Assembly (NCBI GenBank): GCA_037137755.1 | Contig: JBAXJR010000013.1 | Coordinates: forward strand, 1 to 59,184 | Reading direction: 5' to 3' | DNA length: 59,184 bases | From: Methanomicrobiales archaeon | GTDB taxonomy: Archaea; Halobacteriota; Methanomicrobia; Methanomicrobiales; Methanospirillaceae | Shown here: positions 1-11,271 of the stretch, piece by piece | How the letters are laid out: each line of letters begins with the position of its first letter | How positions within the stretch are numbered: the stretch's first letter is position 1 | Position numbers and translations under genes: made by a program | The notes under the pieces: generated by a model | Databases searched by the model: none | What the model saw: only the letters and a program-made list of their open reading frames with translations | Told to the model about the DNA's origin: nothing

Positions 1-501
1 GCAAGTGTTACCATAACTTCCGGGCAGACGTCGAGTATATCGGCAACCCTGACGGCCCAGCAGACCACGGGGTCAATCTCCGTGAGTTCGGGGCCGTCAG
101 GTGCAGCAGTCTACCTCGATGGGAAGAGTACAGGTTTGAAGTCACCTGCGACACTGACCGGGATATCAGCGGGAGGCCACACGGTCAGCTGCAGCATGAG
201 CGGGTATACCGATGCGTCCCAGGGCGTCACGGTGACTGCCGGCCAGACCGTTGATGTGGTGCTGAATCTGCAGGCAACCGGTACGACTACCGGTTCGATT
301 TATGTTACCTCGCTGCCATCAAAGGCATTAGTATACCTGGATGGCAAATACCTGGGTGTATACTCACCGACGATAATCAATAAAGTAGCTGCCGGGACTC
401 ATACTATCCGGCTTACGAAATACGGGTACAAAGACTATACCCAGAGTGTGATGGTGAGTTCCGGGACGACCACCACAGTTTCCGTAACATTAACCCGGTG
501 A
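1..501 (+). CDS. PEGA domain-containing surface protein (5'-truncated by window edge)
   Basis: Frame is open from base 1 (ASVTITSGQTSS...). Two PEGA-like repeats: 'SISVSSGPSGAAVYLDG...G.HTV...GY' and 'GSIYVTSLPSKALVYLDG...GTHTIRLTKYGY'. Confidence 0.85.
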   Translation, partial: ASVTITSGQTSSISATLTAQQTTGSISVSSGPSGAAVYLDGKSTGLKSPATLTGISAGGHTVSCSMSGYTDASQGVTVTAGQTVDVVLNLQATGTTTGSIYVTSLPSKALVYLDGKYLGVYSPTIINKVAAGTHTIRLTKYGYKDYTQSVMVSSGTTTTVSVTLTR

Positions 502-502
502 T

Positions 503-526
503 GGCAACCCGGTTTCCCTTTTTTTT
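503..526 (+). terminator. Oligo-T terminator of the PEGA gene
   Basis: Short imperfect stem followed by a T8 run just after the stop codon. Confidence 0.45.
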
Positions 527-583
527 AACTCCGCAGGGTTATATTAAACCCGGGATATCGCTCTGTACCCCTCGTATCTAACG

Positions 584-1333
584 CTAACTTCTGAATATAA
601 AAATGAGGTTAAATCCTACCACAATCATCACGAGTGCGAAGCTCACCCAGAGCATCATCCCCTGGTTACTCAGGAATACTGCCCAGAGTAAGGCAACAAA
701 GCAGATCAGGAAAAAAATTGCCCATGTCCTTACGTTCATCGAAGAAGAAGAAAGCGGGTTGGGACTCTTCCATGATCGTGTTGATTTTGAAGGGGCTGGT
801 TCCCGGGATGGCCGCTCCCTGGCATGTTTTACAAGTCCGAGGAGGAGGAAACCAAGTGCGACCAGGGCTGCAATGGCACTGGTGTAATACATGAACATGA
901 AAACCGGTTTATCAGAGACCGACGTCAGCAACCCTACCAGGACAAACCAGATGCTCCATTCACCAGGGTAGAGCAGTCCACGCCAGTCCGTCCCGTCCAC
1001 GGAGTCATCCGGCCCGGATCTCCCTGTATTATCTGCTGACGGGATTCCTGCGGTAGCATAACCTCCATGTTCAGAAATGGGGGGGCTCCGGGATATCTGG
1101 GGATTTCGTATCCTGGCTCCGGATAGCTCCTGGGATTTTTCAAAACATGCCCTGCTGTCGTTTTTATTATTCATCCTGTTGTAGGCCATGCCCAGGTTAT
1201 ACCATGCCTTGTCAGAACCGGGGTTGATCTCCAGGGCTCTTTTGTAGCAGATGATCGCATCGATATAATTGCCGGTTTTGTAATATATGTTACCCTGGTC
1301 TCTCCAGAAATCAGAATCCTGTAAATTTTCCAT
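584..1333 (-). CDS. TPR repeat membrane protein
   Basis: N-terminal TPRs ('W..QGNIYY..GNY.DAI.CY.RALEINP...AWYNLGMAY') and four C-terminal hydrophobic segments. Start placed at ATG 1333. Confidence 0.8.
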   Translation of the reverse strand: MENLQDSDFWRDQGNIYYKTGNYIDAIICYKRALEINPGSDKAWYNLGMAYNRMNNKNDSRACFEKSQELSGARIRNPQISRSPPISEHGGYATAGIPSADNTGRSGPDDSVDGTDWRGLLYPGEWSIWFVLVGLLTSVSDKPVFMFMYYTSAIAALVALGFLLLGLVKHARERPSREPAPSKSTRSWKSPNPLSSSSMNVRTWAIFFLICFVALLWAVFLSNQGMMLWVSFALVMIVVGFNLIFIFRS

Positions 1334-1904
1334 GTATCGTCCCGGGCCCCCGCAATACCTATGCCGGTTTAGGCCCGGAATATAGAAAAAGATTCTGATT
1401 TGCAATAGAAAACAAAATATCGGAAACCCTGCGTTTTTTTTTGGTAGGAAGGGGAGACCACCTGCAGGTGGGAGTCGACCTGGATAGTATAATCCTGGAT
1501 TGCCAGTACCAAAAATAACCGGGCATCACAACACTGCGGGTCTTGGAATGGAGTAATTTTAGACTTTTGTAATAGCAATACCCCGGCCAGGCTCAGTTTT
1601 TTAGGCGAGCAGAACAGCCATGATCCCCGGCTACATCCCGATAGCGGAAATGACAAGAAATAACCCTTTTATATGGATATATTGATAAAGGAAATTACGA
1701 AAGGTTCTGGCGAGTCCCGTGATCCATGTTCCAGTTGTACCCGTAACCGCTTATGTACCTGCTGCAGGTAACCCCGCTGGTAGTTCCACCGGGAGGAACC
1801 TGCATGCCCGCCCTGATCGTATAACCGTTGATGAACGTACCCTGCCCGTGACCAAGGGCCGGGTTTTCTCGTACGCTTTATCCACCCCTGGAGGTTAGTC
1901 TGCC

Positions 1905-3422
1905 GTGAAACCAATAACACGTGTTCTCATGGTGGATGATGAACCGGGAATTCTTGAAATTGCGCGGGACTTCCTGGAATCTGATGGGGATATCAAGGTA
2001 ACGACTGCTGAATCTGCCAGCCAGGCACTGAGCAGGTTGAAGGAGGATACCATCGATGTTGTAATTTCTGATTACCAGATGCCTCCTGGTATGAACAGCA
2101 TCGAACTCCTGAAAAAATTAAGGACCGAAGGGAACAGTGTCCCGTTCATCATTTTCACCGGAAGGGGCCGGGAAGAGGTCGCCATGGAGGCCCTGAATAA
2201 CGGTGCAGCCTTCTATCTCCAGAAAGGAATTAATATCGAAGTCCAGTTTACCGAGCTCCGGAACATGATTGTCCAGGTCACCGAGCGGAAACGGGCAGAG
2301 CATGCACTCAGGGAGAGTGAAGAGCGGAACCGGATGATCGTTGAACATGCCCCGATGATCATTTATACTGCCAGGTACAGCGGTGATGACCTGTTTCTCA
2401 CTTCATTAAACCCTGTATTTGAAACCATGACCGGCTGGTCCTGCACGGAAAGCAGGGAGAAATCACTATGCTCTCTTATTCACCCGGATGACCGTCATCT
2501 CATCAGGGAAATGATGCATGCAGGTCCCGGTGCAGGCGCGCCCCATTATGGTGAGCTGCGGATCAGGACAAACCAGGGGGGATATTTTATCGGGGCGTTT
2601 GTTACCACGCCGCTTGTGTCGTCGGGCACTGTCACGGGGGAACTCGGCATCGTGCGGGATATTACGGATGAACGCCGGAATATTATTCTCCTTAAGGACA
2701 AGGGAGATGAACTCCTTGAGAAGAACAAGGAGCTTGAATCCTTCTGTTACTCTGTATCCCACGACCTTCGTGCCCCGCTCCGTATCATAAACGGGTATAC
2801 GGAGATCATCAAACGGCAATCCGGAAGCACCATGCCATCCGAATCAAGGCAGGCGATCGAGCGGATCAAGGTGGCCGGGAAACGTATGGACCGCATTATT
2901 GATGACCTCCTGCGGCTTTCCCGGGCAGGAAGGACTGCGCTGGTCATGGGGGAGGTGAACCTCTCTTCGCTTGTCATGACTATTCTCAATAACCTGTCAG
3001 GCCAGCAGCCGGGGAGAAAAAAAGTGTTCCAGGTATCGGAGGGGCTCATTGCCAGCTGTGACCGTACCCTTATCCAGGGCGCACTCGAAAATATGCTTGA
3101 TAATTCGTGGAAATATACCGGAAATAACAGCGAGACGAGGATTACCTTCGGTTCAGTACGGAAGGAAGGAGAGACGTGGTATTTCATACGGGACAACGGC
3201 GCAGGGTTTGATGCAAAAAATGCGGGGACCCTGTTTTTGCCCTTCTCCAGGTTCCACACGGAATCAGAATTTCCCGGGAACGGTATCGGGCTTGCGACTG
3301 TAAAACGGATTATCCAGCGTCACGGGGGGCTTATTACCATAGAAAGTGAAGTTGGAAAGGGGACAACGGTACTGTTCACCCTCCCGGGTCCAATGAAGGG
3401 TTCGCCAACGGATACGGGCTGA
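1905..3422 (+). CDS. Hybrid sensor histidine kinase (REC-PAS-HisKA-HATPase)
   Basis: REC (VLMVDDE, ISDYQMP), PAS/PAC, H-box SVSHDLRAPL, N-box NMLDNSWKY, G-boxes DNGAGF and GNGIGLA. GGAGG lies upstream of the GTG start. Confidence 0.93.
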   Translation: MKPITRVLMVDDEPGILEIARDFLESDGDIKVTTAESASQALSRLKEDTIDVVISDYQMPPGMNSIELLKKLRTEGNSVPFIIFTGRGREEVAMEALNNGAAFYLQKGINIEVQFTELRNMIVQVTERKRAEHALRESEERNRMIVEHAPMIIYTARYSGDDLFLTSLNPVFETMTGWSCTESREKSLCSLIHPDDRHLIREMMHAGPGAGAPHYGELRIRTNQGGYFIGAFVTTPLVSSGTVTGELGIVRDITDERRNIILLKDKGDELLEKNKELESFCYSVSHDLRAPLRIINGYTEIIKRQSGSTMPSESRQAIERIKVAGKRMDRIIDDLLRLSRAGRTALVMGEVNLSSLVMTILNNLSGQQPGRKKVFQVSEGLIASCDRTLIQGALENMLDNSWKYTGNNSETRITFGSVRKEGETWYFIRDNGAGFDAKNAGTLFLPFSRFHTESEFPGNGIGLATVKRIIQRHGGLITIESEVGKGTTVLFTLPGPMKGSPTDTG

Positions 3423-3502
3423 TGCCTTATTACCTATGGGGGAATAGAATTAAATTAGATGAAAACCCGGAAGGGTGACAACCAATATGGAACGGTGAGG
3501 AG

Positions 3503-6500
3503 ATGGATGCGGAAATTAATATACTGATTGTTGACGATTCGCCAGACGATGTGCACCTGCTTGTGAATGAAATGACCGTGGCAGGCCTGAAAGTCCGGCA
3601 TGAACGGGTGGATTCCGAGCGCCAGATGCGTGCTGCCCTGGAAAAGGGGACGTGGGATGTCATTCTCTGTGACTATTCAATCCCAAACTTCGGGGCGCTG
3701 CCCGCATTAAAACTCGTGAAGGAGATGAAAATCAGGATCCCGTTCATCGTTATTTCAGGTGTAATGGGTGAGAAAACGGCCATTTCCGTGATGAAATCAG
3801 GTGCCCATGATTTCATCACCAAGGGCAACTACACCCGCCTGGTACCAGCGATAGAACGTGAAATGGAAGAGTACGTGGTGCGCAGGAAGGCTGTCGAGGA
3901 GGCGAAGAAACAGAAGCAGCTCGCATTTACGATGATCATGCAGAACCCCATGCCGTTGATCATCTTCTCGACAAACCTGGACATCAAACTTGCAAATGAA
4001 TCCTTCCTCACACTTTGCGGGTGGTCCGAAGAACGTCTCCAGAAGATGAGCATGAAGGAGTTCAAGGTCCTGGAAAAGAGTGGGCACGGGATCAAGGAAG
4101 CAATCCAGACAAAGAAAGGTGTTATCGGGGACGTAGTGGTCGAGTTCCCTACCGGGATTAAGTATCTCGAGCAGCACTCCATCCCCCTCCTCGATAAAGA
4201 GGGAGAGATCGTCAGCATGATGGCGACGTACCAGGATAATACCGAAAAACGCAAGATGGATCTGGCAAAAAAAGAACTCGCAGATTTCACCGATGTCTAT
4301 CTCGCCACTCTCTCCTCGAACCTCGGGATGCTTGCAACTGGAAATCTCGCATTTGATCTCAATCTTGCACCCCCCACTGAAAATACAAGCGAAGCGCACA
4401 CCAATTTTGCCGGGATCAATAATAACCTGAGTGATGTCCAGGGTGCCCTTACCCACATGATCAATGATGCCAACATGCTTGCAAAGGCTGCTGTTGATGG
4501 AAAGCTTGACACCCGGGCCGATGCTACCCGGCATATCGGAGAATTCCGCACGATTGTTGAAGGTGTAAATGCGACCCTCGATGCAGTTATCGGACCCCTG
4601 AATGTGGCGGCAGAGTATGTCGACCGTATCAGCAAGGGCGAGATCCCGGCGAAGATTACTGACAAGTACAACGGGGACTTTAACGAGATCAAGAACACCC
4701 TGAATGCCTGCATTGACGCTATCAACGGACTTGTTGCTGATGCCAACATGCTTGCAAAGGCCGCAGTTGATGGAAAGCTTGACACCCGGGCCGATACATC
4801 GAAACACCAGGGAGATTACCGGAAGATCGTTGAGGGTGTAAATGCGACCCTCGACGCAGTTATCGGGCCCCTGAATGTGGCGGCAGAGTATGTCGACCGT
4901 ATCAGCAAGGGCGAGATCCCGGCGAAGATTACTGACAAATACAACGGGGATTTTAACGAGATCAAGAATAACCTGAACAACTGCATCGAAAATATCAGTG
5001 CGCTTGTTACTGATTCCAACATGCTTGCTAAGGCTGCGGTAGAAGGAAAACTTGATGCACGTGCCGACGCTACGAAACACCAGGGAGATTACCGGAAGAT
5101 TGTTGAAGGTGTGAATGCTACCCTCGACGCAGTCATCGGGCCCCTGAATGTAGCGGCAGAATATGTCGACCGTATCAGCAAGGGCGAGATCCCGCAGAAG
5201 ATCACCGACAAGTACAACGGTGACTTCAATGAGATCAAAAATAACCTGAATGCCTGTATAGACGGGCTCCAGGGCCTCGTGGAATGTGACAAGGTCCTGC
5301 ACCATATGGCGATGAACGATCATACCCTGAGTGTAGAGGGAAAATATGTCGGTATTTTTGCCAGCATGGGTGAATCGACAAACACCGTTCGGGAGCGGCT
5401 CCGTACCGTGACCCGGCAGATAAACGAGATTGCCCTGGGTGACACCCAGCACCTGGCAGAACTCAAACGGGTTGGCAGGAGAAGCGAGCAGGACCACCTG
5501 CTGCCCGCAATTATCAACTGTTTTGAGACCGTCGACCGGATGCTTGAGGACTCCAAAATGCTCACGAAAGCCGCAGTCGAAGGAAAACTCGATACCCGGG
5601 CTGACCTTTCCAAGCACCAGGGAGAATATAAGAATCTGATGAAAGGGATTAACGATACCCTTGATGCAGTCATCGGACCTTTGAATGTCGCAGCTGAATA
5701 TGTAGACCGTATCAGCAAAGGGGACCTCCCCCAAAAGATCTCCGACAAATATAACGGGGATTTCAACGAGATTAAAAACAACCTGAACAACTGTATCGAT
5801 AATATCAATGCCCTCGTTGCCGATGCCAACCTGCTTGCAAAGGCCGCCGTGGAAGGGAGATTAAAGACTCGTGCGGACGCCACAAAACACCAGGGCGATT
5901 ACCGGAAGATCGTCGAAGGGGTCAACAGCACGCTGGACTCTGTCATCAACCCCGTCAACGAAGCGATGCGGATGGCAAACGAGTTTGCAAAATGCAATTT
6001 CTCAGCCCGTGTTGACGAAAACCTCCATGTGGAAGGCGATTTCATCAGGTTCAAAGAGGCACTCAATAACACTGGTATCGAGGTTTCAAAGGCCGTGAAC
6101 ATGATCAATAGCCAGGTCATGGAACTCGCATCGAGTGCAGAGGAAGCAAATGCCAGTATCGAAGAGGTAGCGTCCGGTGCGGAGCACATTGCAAAGAACG
6201 CACAGGGTGTCAGTGAAAATGCAGAACGGAGTAATGACGGGATCGGCCAGGTATTACGGGCGATGGAAGACCTCAACCAGACCGTGACTGAAGTTGCCCA
6301 GAAGGCTGAAAAGGTTTCCCGGCTCACCGAGAACGCGAACACGCTGAGCATGAACGGGACCGAACTTGCAGAGCAGGCCGAACGTGGGATGGTAAGTATT
6401 ACCAGCTCGTCCAATGAAGTCGATAAGATTATTGTCGATATAAAGGCGGAAATGGACAAGATCGGAAAGATCGTCGGCCTTATCAGTGACCTTGCGAACC

Positions 6501-7018
6501 AGACCAACCTCCTCGCCCTCAATGCTGCAATTGAAGCCGCACGTGCGGGAGAAGCCGGCAGGGGTTTTGCCGTGGTCGCCACGGAAGTAAAATCACTCGC
6601 CCAGGAGTCCCGTGCCTCTGCCGAGAATATTGCGGACATGATCGGGACGCTCCAGAAGAAGTCCATGGCTGCCGGAGAGGCAGTGGCATCATCGAACCGG
6701 GAAGTAAAAGCCGGGAGCGAGGCACTCAGTCAGACGCTCCGTTCATTCAAGGAGATCGTCCATTCAATCGAGGACATCAGCAAGAATGTAGTGGAAGTCG
6801 CAAGCGTGAGTGAGGAGCAGGCTGCTACAGTCGAAGAAGTGACTGCCAGTGTCAACGAAGTGCAGCAGCTGGTACATGGGACTGCAAAAGACGCAATGGA
6901 TGCAGCTGCCGCCGCAGAGGAGGCCTCGGCCTCCATCGACCAGATCACCAAAGTGGTGGGCAACGTGAACACCATCGTCGATAGTGTTTCGAGAGAGATG
7001 GCCAAGTTCAAGGTGTGA
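3503..7018 (+). CDS. Soluble methyl-accepting chemotaxis protein with N-terminal REC, PAS and poly-HAMP array
   Basis: REC ([19 protein letters not shown]), PAS, repeated HAMP-like units, MCP signalling hairpin '[37 protein letters not shown]'. No TM segment. Confidence 0.95.
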   Translation: MDAEINILIVDDSPDDVHLLVNEMTVAGLKVRHERVDSERQMRAALEKGTWDVILCDYSIPNFGALPALKLVKEMKIRIPFIVISGVMGEKTAISVMKSGAHDFITKGNYTRLVPAIEREMEEYVVRRKAVEEAKKQKQLAFTMIMQNPMPLIIFSTNLDIKLANESFLTLCGWSEERLQKMSMKEFKVLEKSGHGIKEAIQTKKGVIGDVVVEFPTGIKYLEQHSIPLLDKEGEIVSMMATYQDNTEKRKMDLAKKELADFTDVYLATLSSNLGMLATGNLAFDLNLAPPTENTSEAHTNFAGINNNLSDVQGALTHMINDANMLAKAAVDGKLDTRADATRHIGEFRTIVEGVNATLDAVIGPLNVAAEYVDRISKGEIPAKITDKYNGDFNEIKNTLNACIDAINGLVADANMLAKAAVDGKLDTRADTSKHQGDYRKIVEGVNATLDAVIGPLNVAAEYVDRISKGEIPAKITDKYNGDFNEIKNNLNNCIENISALVTDSNMLAKAAVEGKLDARADATKHQGDYRKIVEGVNATLDAVIGPLNVAAEYVDRISKGEIPQKITDKYNGDFNEIKNNLNACIDGLQGLVECDKVLHHMAMNDHTLSVEGKYVGIFASMGESTNTVRERLRTVTRQINEIALGDTQHLAELKRVGRRSEQDHLLPAIINCFETVDRMLEDSKMLTKAAVEGKLDTRADLSKHQGEYKNLMKGINDTLDAVIGPLNVAAEYVDRISKGDLPQKISDKYNGDFNEIKNNLNNCIDNINALVADANLLAKAAVEGRLKTRADATKHQGDYRKIVEGVNSTLDSVINPVNEAMRMANEFAKCNFSARVDENLHVEGDFIRFKEALNNTGIEVSKAVNMINSQVMELASSAEEANASIEEVASGAEHIAKNAQGVSENAERSNDGIGQVLRAMEDLNQTVTEVAQKAEKVSRLTENANTLSMNGTELAEQAERGMVSITSSSNEVDKIIVDIKAEMDKIGKIVGLISDLANQTNLLALNAAIEAARAGEAGRGFAVVATEVKSLAQESRASAENIADMIGTLQKKSMAAGEAVASSNREVKAGSEALSQTLRSFKEIVHSIEDISKNVVEVASVSEEQAATVEEVTASVNEVQQLVHGTAKDAMDAAAAAEEASASIDQITKVVGNVNTIVDSVSREMAKFKV
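4466..5960 (+). repeat. Intragenic 273-bp (91-aa) tandem repeat encoding HAMP pairs
   Basis: Unit starts at 4466, 4739 and 5012 (exact 273 spacing), a divergent unit near 5285, then 5549 and 5822. High nucleotide identity is visible between units. Confidence 0.9.
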
Positions 7019-7200
7019 GGTTTGTTACTCCCCGGAAAAACCGGGTGTTACAAGGTCGTATCTCCCACGGGTCCGCTCCGGGGTAAGGGGTGCGGATCCC
7101 GTACCCATTTTTTGTTATCCGTCCTATCCCTTTCCTCACGACCCGGTTTTGAACGCAAAGGGCGTGTCGTTTCTTTCATTCATAACAATTGTTTCAGTGT

Positions 7201-7551
7201 GACTATGTTGCAGAACCCTTTAATCGAATTCTGAAAGGATTGTAACCAGGTCCTCCGCAGCCAGGAGGAACATTATCTTTATTGAAATACACAAACGAGG
7301 CGTTCACACCCGGACCCTTGAAAATACCTTTTCAAAATCACTTCATATTGGGGTTCGTTCTCTCATGTATAGTGGAAATCCCGCATATTTAATAAAAGAG
7401 GGAAGAGGTTGACAGGAGGGGATTTCACCCCTCCCTGCTCCACCCACGGTACTATATTTATCTGGGATGGTTCTATTGGGGCATTCAGGAAAATTTCAGA
7501 GATTTAAAAAGATTATTACCTATCAGATTAGAAAAGGTTTCAAAAATAGCC
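7201..7551. mobile_element. Degenerate MITE-like element (copy 1)
   Basis: Left end gactatgttgcagaaccctt; the right end reverse-complements to ggctatttttgaaaccttt. Internal hairpin ggagggg-atttca-cccctcc (7415-7434) is shared with copies at 37.5 and 48.1 kb. Confidence 0.45.
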
Positions 7552-8258
7552 TGGAAATTAACAAATGCACTATGTATACCCCTGTACAGAATTATTTGGG
7601 CGAGGAAAGTCCTGGCTGGTAATGGCCCGGTATTCGCAATGCAACTCTGCCTGGCAATACCATAGGTATATTTTGCTGGCTTGGGATTATGAGTATATCC
7701 AAGACTTCATCAGGCATTCGACTCCCCCACTATCTGTCGCAACCCTTCTGATGGGGAATTGGATTATTACGCCCGGGTCATTTTAGGACCCTGGTGTTCG
7801 TTCCAAGAACAAACAATGGAGGTGGTTTTCCGATACCTGGCATACCAGTTTATGAATCCAACTCCTCCCTTCACTCCTTTCAAACCCTTTGGAATTTAAC
7901 CACACGAAAAATAAACCTTACCTGATACCGACCCGGAGTCAGAGATCTGCCCCCGCCGCAAAAAGGACGGGATGATTAAAAATCCCGTCCCATGTCCACC
8001 CGGACTAACAGTCCGGGTGTCGGGCCGGGCTCTCTTTCACCGGTTGCACGTCCCTTCTGAATATACCCGATACACCCTGAAATTACCGTAAATATATAAA
8101 TTTCTTGCATTTTTTCCAGGGCTGCCCTGCTATGGAGCATCGATGATAAAAATCTCCTGGTCATGGAATAGACCGTGGCCAGGTGTGCCTGCATTCGGAC
8201 CTGCACAACCTACTTATACTATTCTGCTACTATCCCCTTGTTACTCAAGGTGGATTTG

Positions 8259-11006
8259 ATGAAAAAGTGCTTACAACCAGCTTATGCCATAGCTATCCTG
8301 TTTCTTCTCATTTGTATTTCGGCTCTTCCTGTCAATGCACAGGCAGAAATTATTACTGTCTGCCCGGCAGGGTGTAATTTCACGAGTATTCAGGACGCGA
8401 TTAACCACGCTGCAGACGGGGATACCATCCAGGTTATGAGTGGTTCGTATAACGAGGTCATTACTATCAACCGTTCGGTGACGCTCGTCGGGATTAACAG
8501 CTCCGGGGAAATTCCCCATGTCGGCAGGTACACGATGCCGGTTGCGGTCACCATAAGCGCACCCGGTGTCACCTTTGACGGGTTTGATATCCATGGTGCC
8601 GGTGAACACGAGATAGAAATCACTGCCAGTCATGTTTCGGTCAGGAATGTGATAATGGGTATTCACCGCCCGGTGTATGAGGGGGATGCCATTATCGAGG
8701 GGACCGGGCTATCGGATGTCACCATTGCAGACTGCATGATGCAGTCCACCGGGGGCTACGGTATCTATTTCCAGGACACCCAGGGTCTCATCATAGAGCG
8801 TAATGTTGTCATGGTGAACAACCAGAGCACGGATGTCCGCCCGAAAGCGATTGCCGCAATGTTCTCACCGTCTGAAGCTGATTACTCTGGTTTCAGATTT
8901 GAGAATAATACCGTCAACGGGGGGCCGATCGAGTCTTCTGTAACCTGGCCTGAAGAAGAAACCAAAACCCCCTCTATCCACGATCTCCTTATCCGGAATA
9001 ATACGGTCTCTGAAAGTCCAGGTTCCGGAATTTTTTTGGAATCCTTACCTGAATACACCGGAACCGGGGGGAACATCTACCGCATGTCGGATATTGCCAT
9101 TCTGGATAACAGGATTTCTGATTCTCAAGACGGAACCGGGATTTTTGTTGGTATGGCTTCTGACGGACTGATTTCCGGGAATACCGTGAAAAATCAGAAG
9201 GAATATGAGGCTGGTATAGGACTCGATACCTTAACCAGGTTCAGTGTCCTGGGCAACACGATTTCAGACTGTACTGGGGATGACATGATCGGGCTATCTC
9301 TCTGGGGTGTGACCTCGTCAAAGGTATCCGGGAACCGGATGGACCGGAACACGTATAATTTCCGTTACGTAACGGGCGAAAACCAAACCCCTATGATGGA
9401 TATTGACGGGACAAACCTCGCCGACGGGCGCCCGATCCGGTATTACGAGGGAATGGACCACTTTTCCGTCGACGGAAACGAGGCAAACGGGGCAGCGTAC
9501 TATTTCGTAAACTGCCGGGACTTCTCCGCTGCCAGGCTTGCCCCATCCCACATGTATGAAGGGATCATGTTCATTAACTGCCAGAATGGCAGCCTCACCC
9601 ATTCAAACGTGGAACATTGCGTGTCGGGAATTTCGCTCCTCCTGTCATCTGACTGCATGGTATTCACCAACAGGCTGGCGGATAATATGGGTGGCATCCG
9701 GATGTCAGGGTTTAACAATTCCATGGTCTGGCGAAACGAGGTGTTAAATACCACTGAAACCGGGATACTGGTTACCGGTATCAACCATGACCTCAGGGTT
9801 GCCAATAATAACGTTCGGGATAATTACCTGGGTATCATGGTGAGCATAAATCCCTTCATTGCACAAAATTACGGTATTGTCCTTGACGGGAATGAAATTC
9901 TTGGAAATTCGAGGGGATTAGCCATTCGCGGAACGAAAGGCGTTACGATAACGAAGAACATCATTGGTGATTCAACAGGAACGGGCATCCTGGTCCAGTA
10001 TGCAAGAGATGCCAGGTTCAGCCAGAACCAGGTCCGGAATAACTCTGTCGGCATGGAAATCATGAACCGCCCGTTCGGGGATCTCGTGACTGGAAACAAT
10101 ACCTTCGTGGACAATTACTTCAATAATTTCAACCAGGTGATCATTATCTCACCAGAAGACCCGAAGGGAAGCCTTCCTGATGACGAATTGAAAGATTTAC
10201 CCGCTTTCGATGAGATAAAGGCATCCGTAGGCATGATCGGGGAACGCCCCACAAGCCAGTTCAATTACTGGAATGTAACGAAGACTGCCGGAACGAATAT
10301 CGTTGAAGGACCGTTCCTTGGTGGCAACTACTGGGCATCACCTGATGGCACGGGTTTTTCAGAGACCCATCCTGACCGGGGCGACGGGTTCTGTAATGAA
10401 CCATACGTCTTTGATGACCGGAACACCGATTATCTACCCTTGCATACCTACACACCTAAACCAACATTCTACGCGGATTTCACGGTCTCACCAGTAAACG
10501 GGACTGCACCACTGACCGTCCATTGCCTGGACCAGTCCGTTGGCAACCCTACCCGTTTCTATTACAATTTCGGGGACGGCTCAAATGTGACCGGAACAAA
10601 CCCGGTTCATACCTACCGGTATCCCGGTACCTACACGATAATCCTGACGATAACGAAGTATAATGCCACGACCAGTTCCCTGCAAAGCAGCTCCGCGGCT
10701 AAAAAAGATGTGATCAATGTGACCATTGTACCGGTCGTTCCGTTCGTGGCAAAATTTACCGCGTCCCCGGTTAACGGGACCGCCCCGTTAAAGGTTGCCT
10801 TCCATGACGAGTCCGGTGGGAACCCGTCGATGATCACCTATGATTTCGGTGACGGGATAAACGCAACAGGCGGAAACCCTGTCCACACATACCGGAGCCC
10901 AGGTGTATATAACGTCACTGAGACCCTCATCAGGGTAGATCCGGCCACGGGAATAACCCTCAGCAATTCTTCGGTCCAAAAAGGCTTCATTACCGTATCA
11001 GGATAA
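8259..11006 (+). CDS. Cell-surface protein: right-handed beta-helix/NosD (CASH) repeats plus two PKD domains
   Basis: Signal peptide, 'TVCPAGCNFTSIQDAI', parallel beta-helix repeats, 'GTNIVEGPFLGGNYW...D.GDGFC', two PKD repeats 'F..SPVNGTAPL.V...FGDG....NPVHTY..PG.Y'. Confidence 0.9.
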   Translation: MKKCLQPAYAIAILFLLICISALPVNAQAEIITVCPAGCNFTSIQDAINHAADGDTIQVMSGSYNEVITINRSVTLVGINSSGEIPHVGRYTMPVAVTISAPGVTFDGFDIHGAGEHEIEITASHVSVRNVIMGIHRPVYEGDAIIEGTGLSDVTIADCMMQSTGGYGIYFQDTQGLIIERNVVMVNNQSTDVRPKAIAAMFSPSEADYSGFRFENNTVNGGPIESSVTWPEEETKTPSIHDLLIRNNTVSESPGSGIFLESLPEYTGTGGNIYRMSDIAILDNRISDSQDGTGIFVGMASDGLISGNTVKNQKEYEAGIGLDTLTRFSVLGNTISDCTGDDMIGLSLWGVTSSKVSGNRMDRNTYNFRYVTGENQTPMMDIDGTNLADGRPIRYYEGMDHFSVDGNEANGAAYYFVNCRDFSAARLAPSHMYEGIMFINCQNGSLTHSNVEHCVSGISLLLSSDCMVFTNRLADNMGGIRMSGFNNSMVWRNEVLNTTETGILVTGINHDLRVANNNVRDNYLGIMVSINPFIAQNYGIVLDGNEILGNSRGLAIRGTKGVTITKNIIGDSTGTGILVQYARDARFSQNQVRNNSVGMEIMNRPFGDLVTGNNTFVDNYFNNFNQVIIISPEDPKGSLPDDELKDLPAFDEIKASVGMIGERPTSQFNYWNVTKTAGTNIVEGPFLGGNYWASPDGTGFSETHPDRGDGFCNEPYVFDDRNTDYLPLHTYTPKPTFYADFTVSPVNGTAPLTVHCLDQSVGNPTRFYYNFGDGSNVTGTNPVHTYRYPGTYTIILTITKYNATTSSLQSSSAAKKDVINVTIVPVVPFVAKFTASPVNGTAPLKVAFHDESGGNPSMITYDFGDGINATGGNPVHTYRSPGVYNVTETLIRVDPATGITLSNSSVQKGFITVSG

Positions 11007-11271
11007 TCAATTCCTTTTTTTCGGGGAAACGCCCCGGCCGGAACATGCGGTCGTTATACCAAACCTGCAGGAAAATCAATGGGAAAGGTGTTAAAACCCG
11101 TACTGGCAGGAAATCCGGCAAACCAAATTTTCTCTCAATTATGTAGTGCCGAGGCAGGTGCACCGGTGAAACGGGTCGAAACAGTTCACTCCGGGAATAG
11201 ATTATTGGCGTGATGAACCGTATAGTATAATGAATACCTAAAAAATCGTCATCTTTCTGTTCCGGTGCCCT

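Noticed and set aside
1673-1771. 32-aa Cys-rich sORF (MDILIKEITKGSGESRDPCSSCTRNRLCTCCR) upstream of the kinase
   Set aside because: No RBS or family resemblance, and it competes with another short open frame. Could easily be chance.
3797-5734. 645-aa minus-strand ORF
   Set aside because: Antisense shadow of the repetitive MCP gene, with no protein motifs.
4466-5960. Possible CRISPR-like or non-coding repeat array
   Set aside because: The repeats are in-frame 273-bp coding units with no unique spacers.
7565-7900. 73-aa ORF and surrounding intergenic sequence
   Set aside because: No recognisable motif found on either strand.
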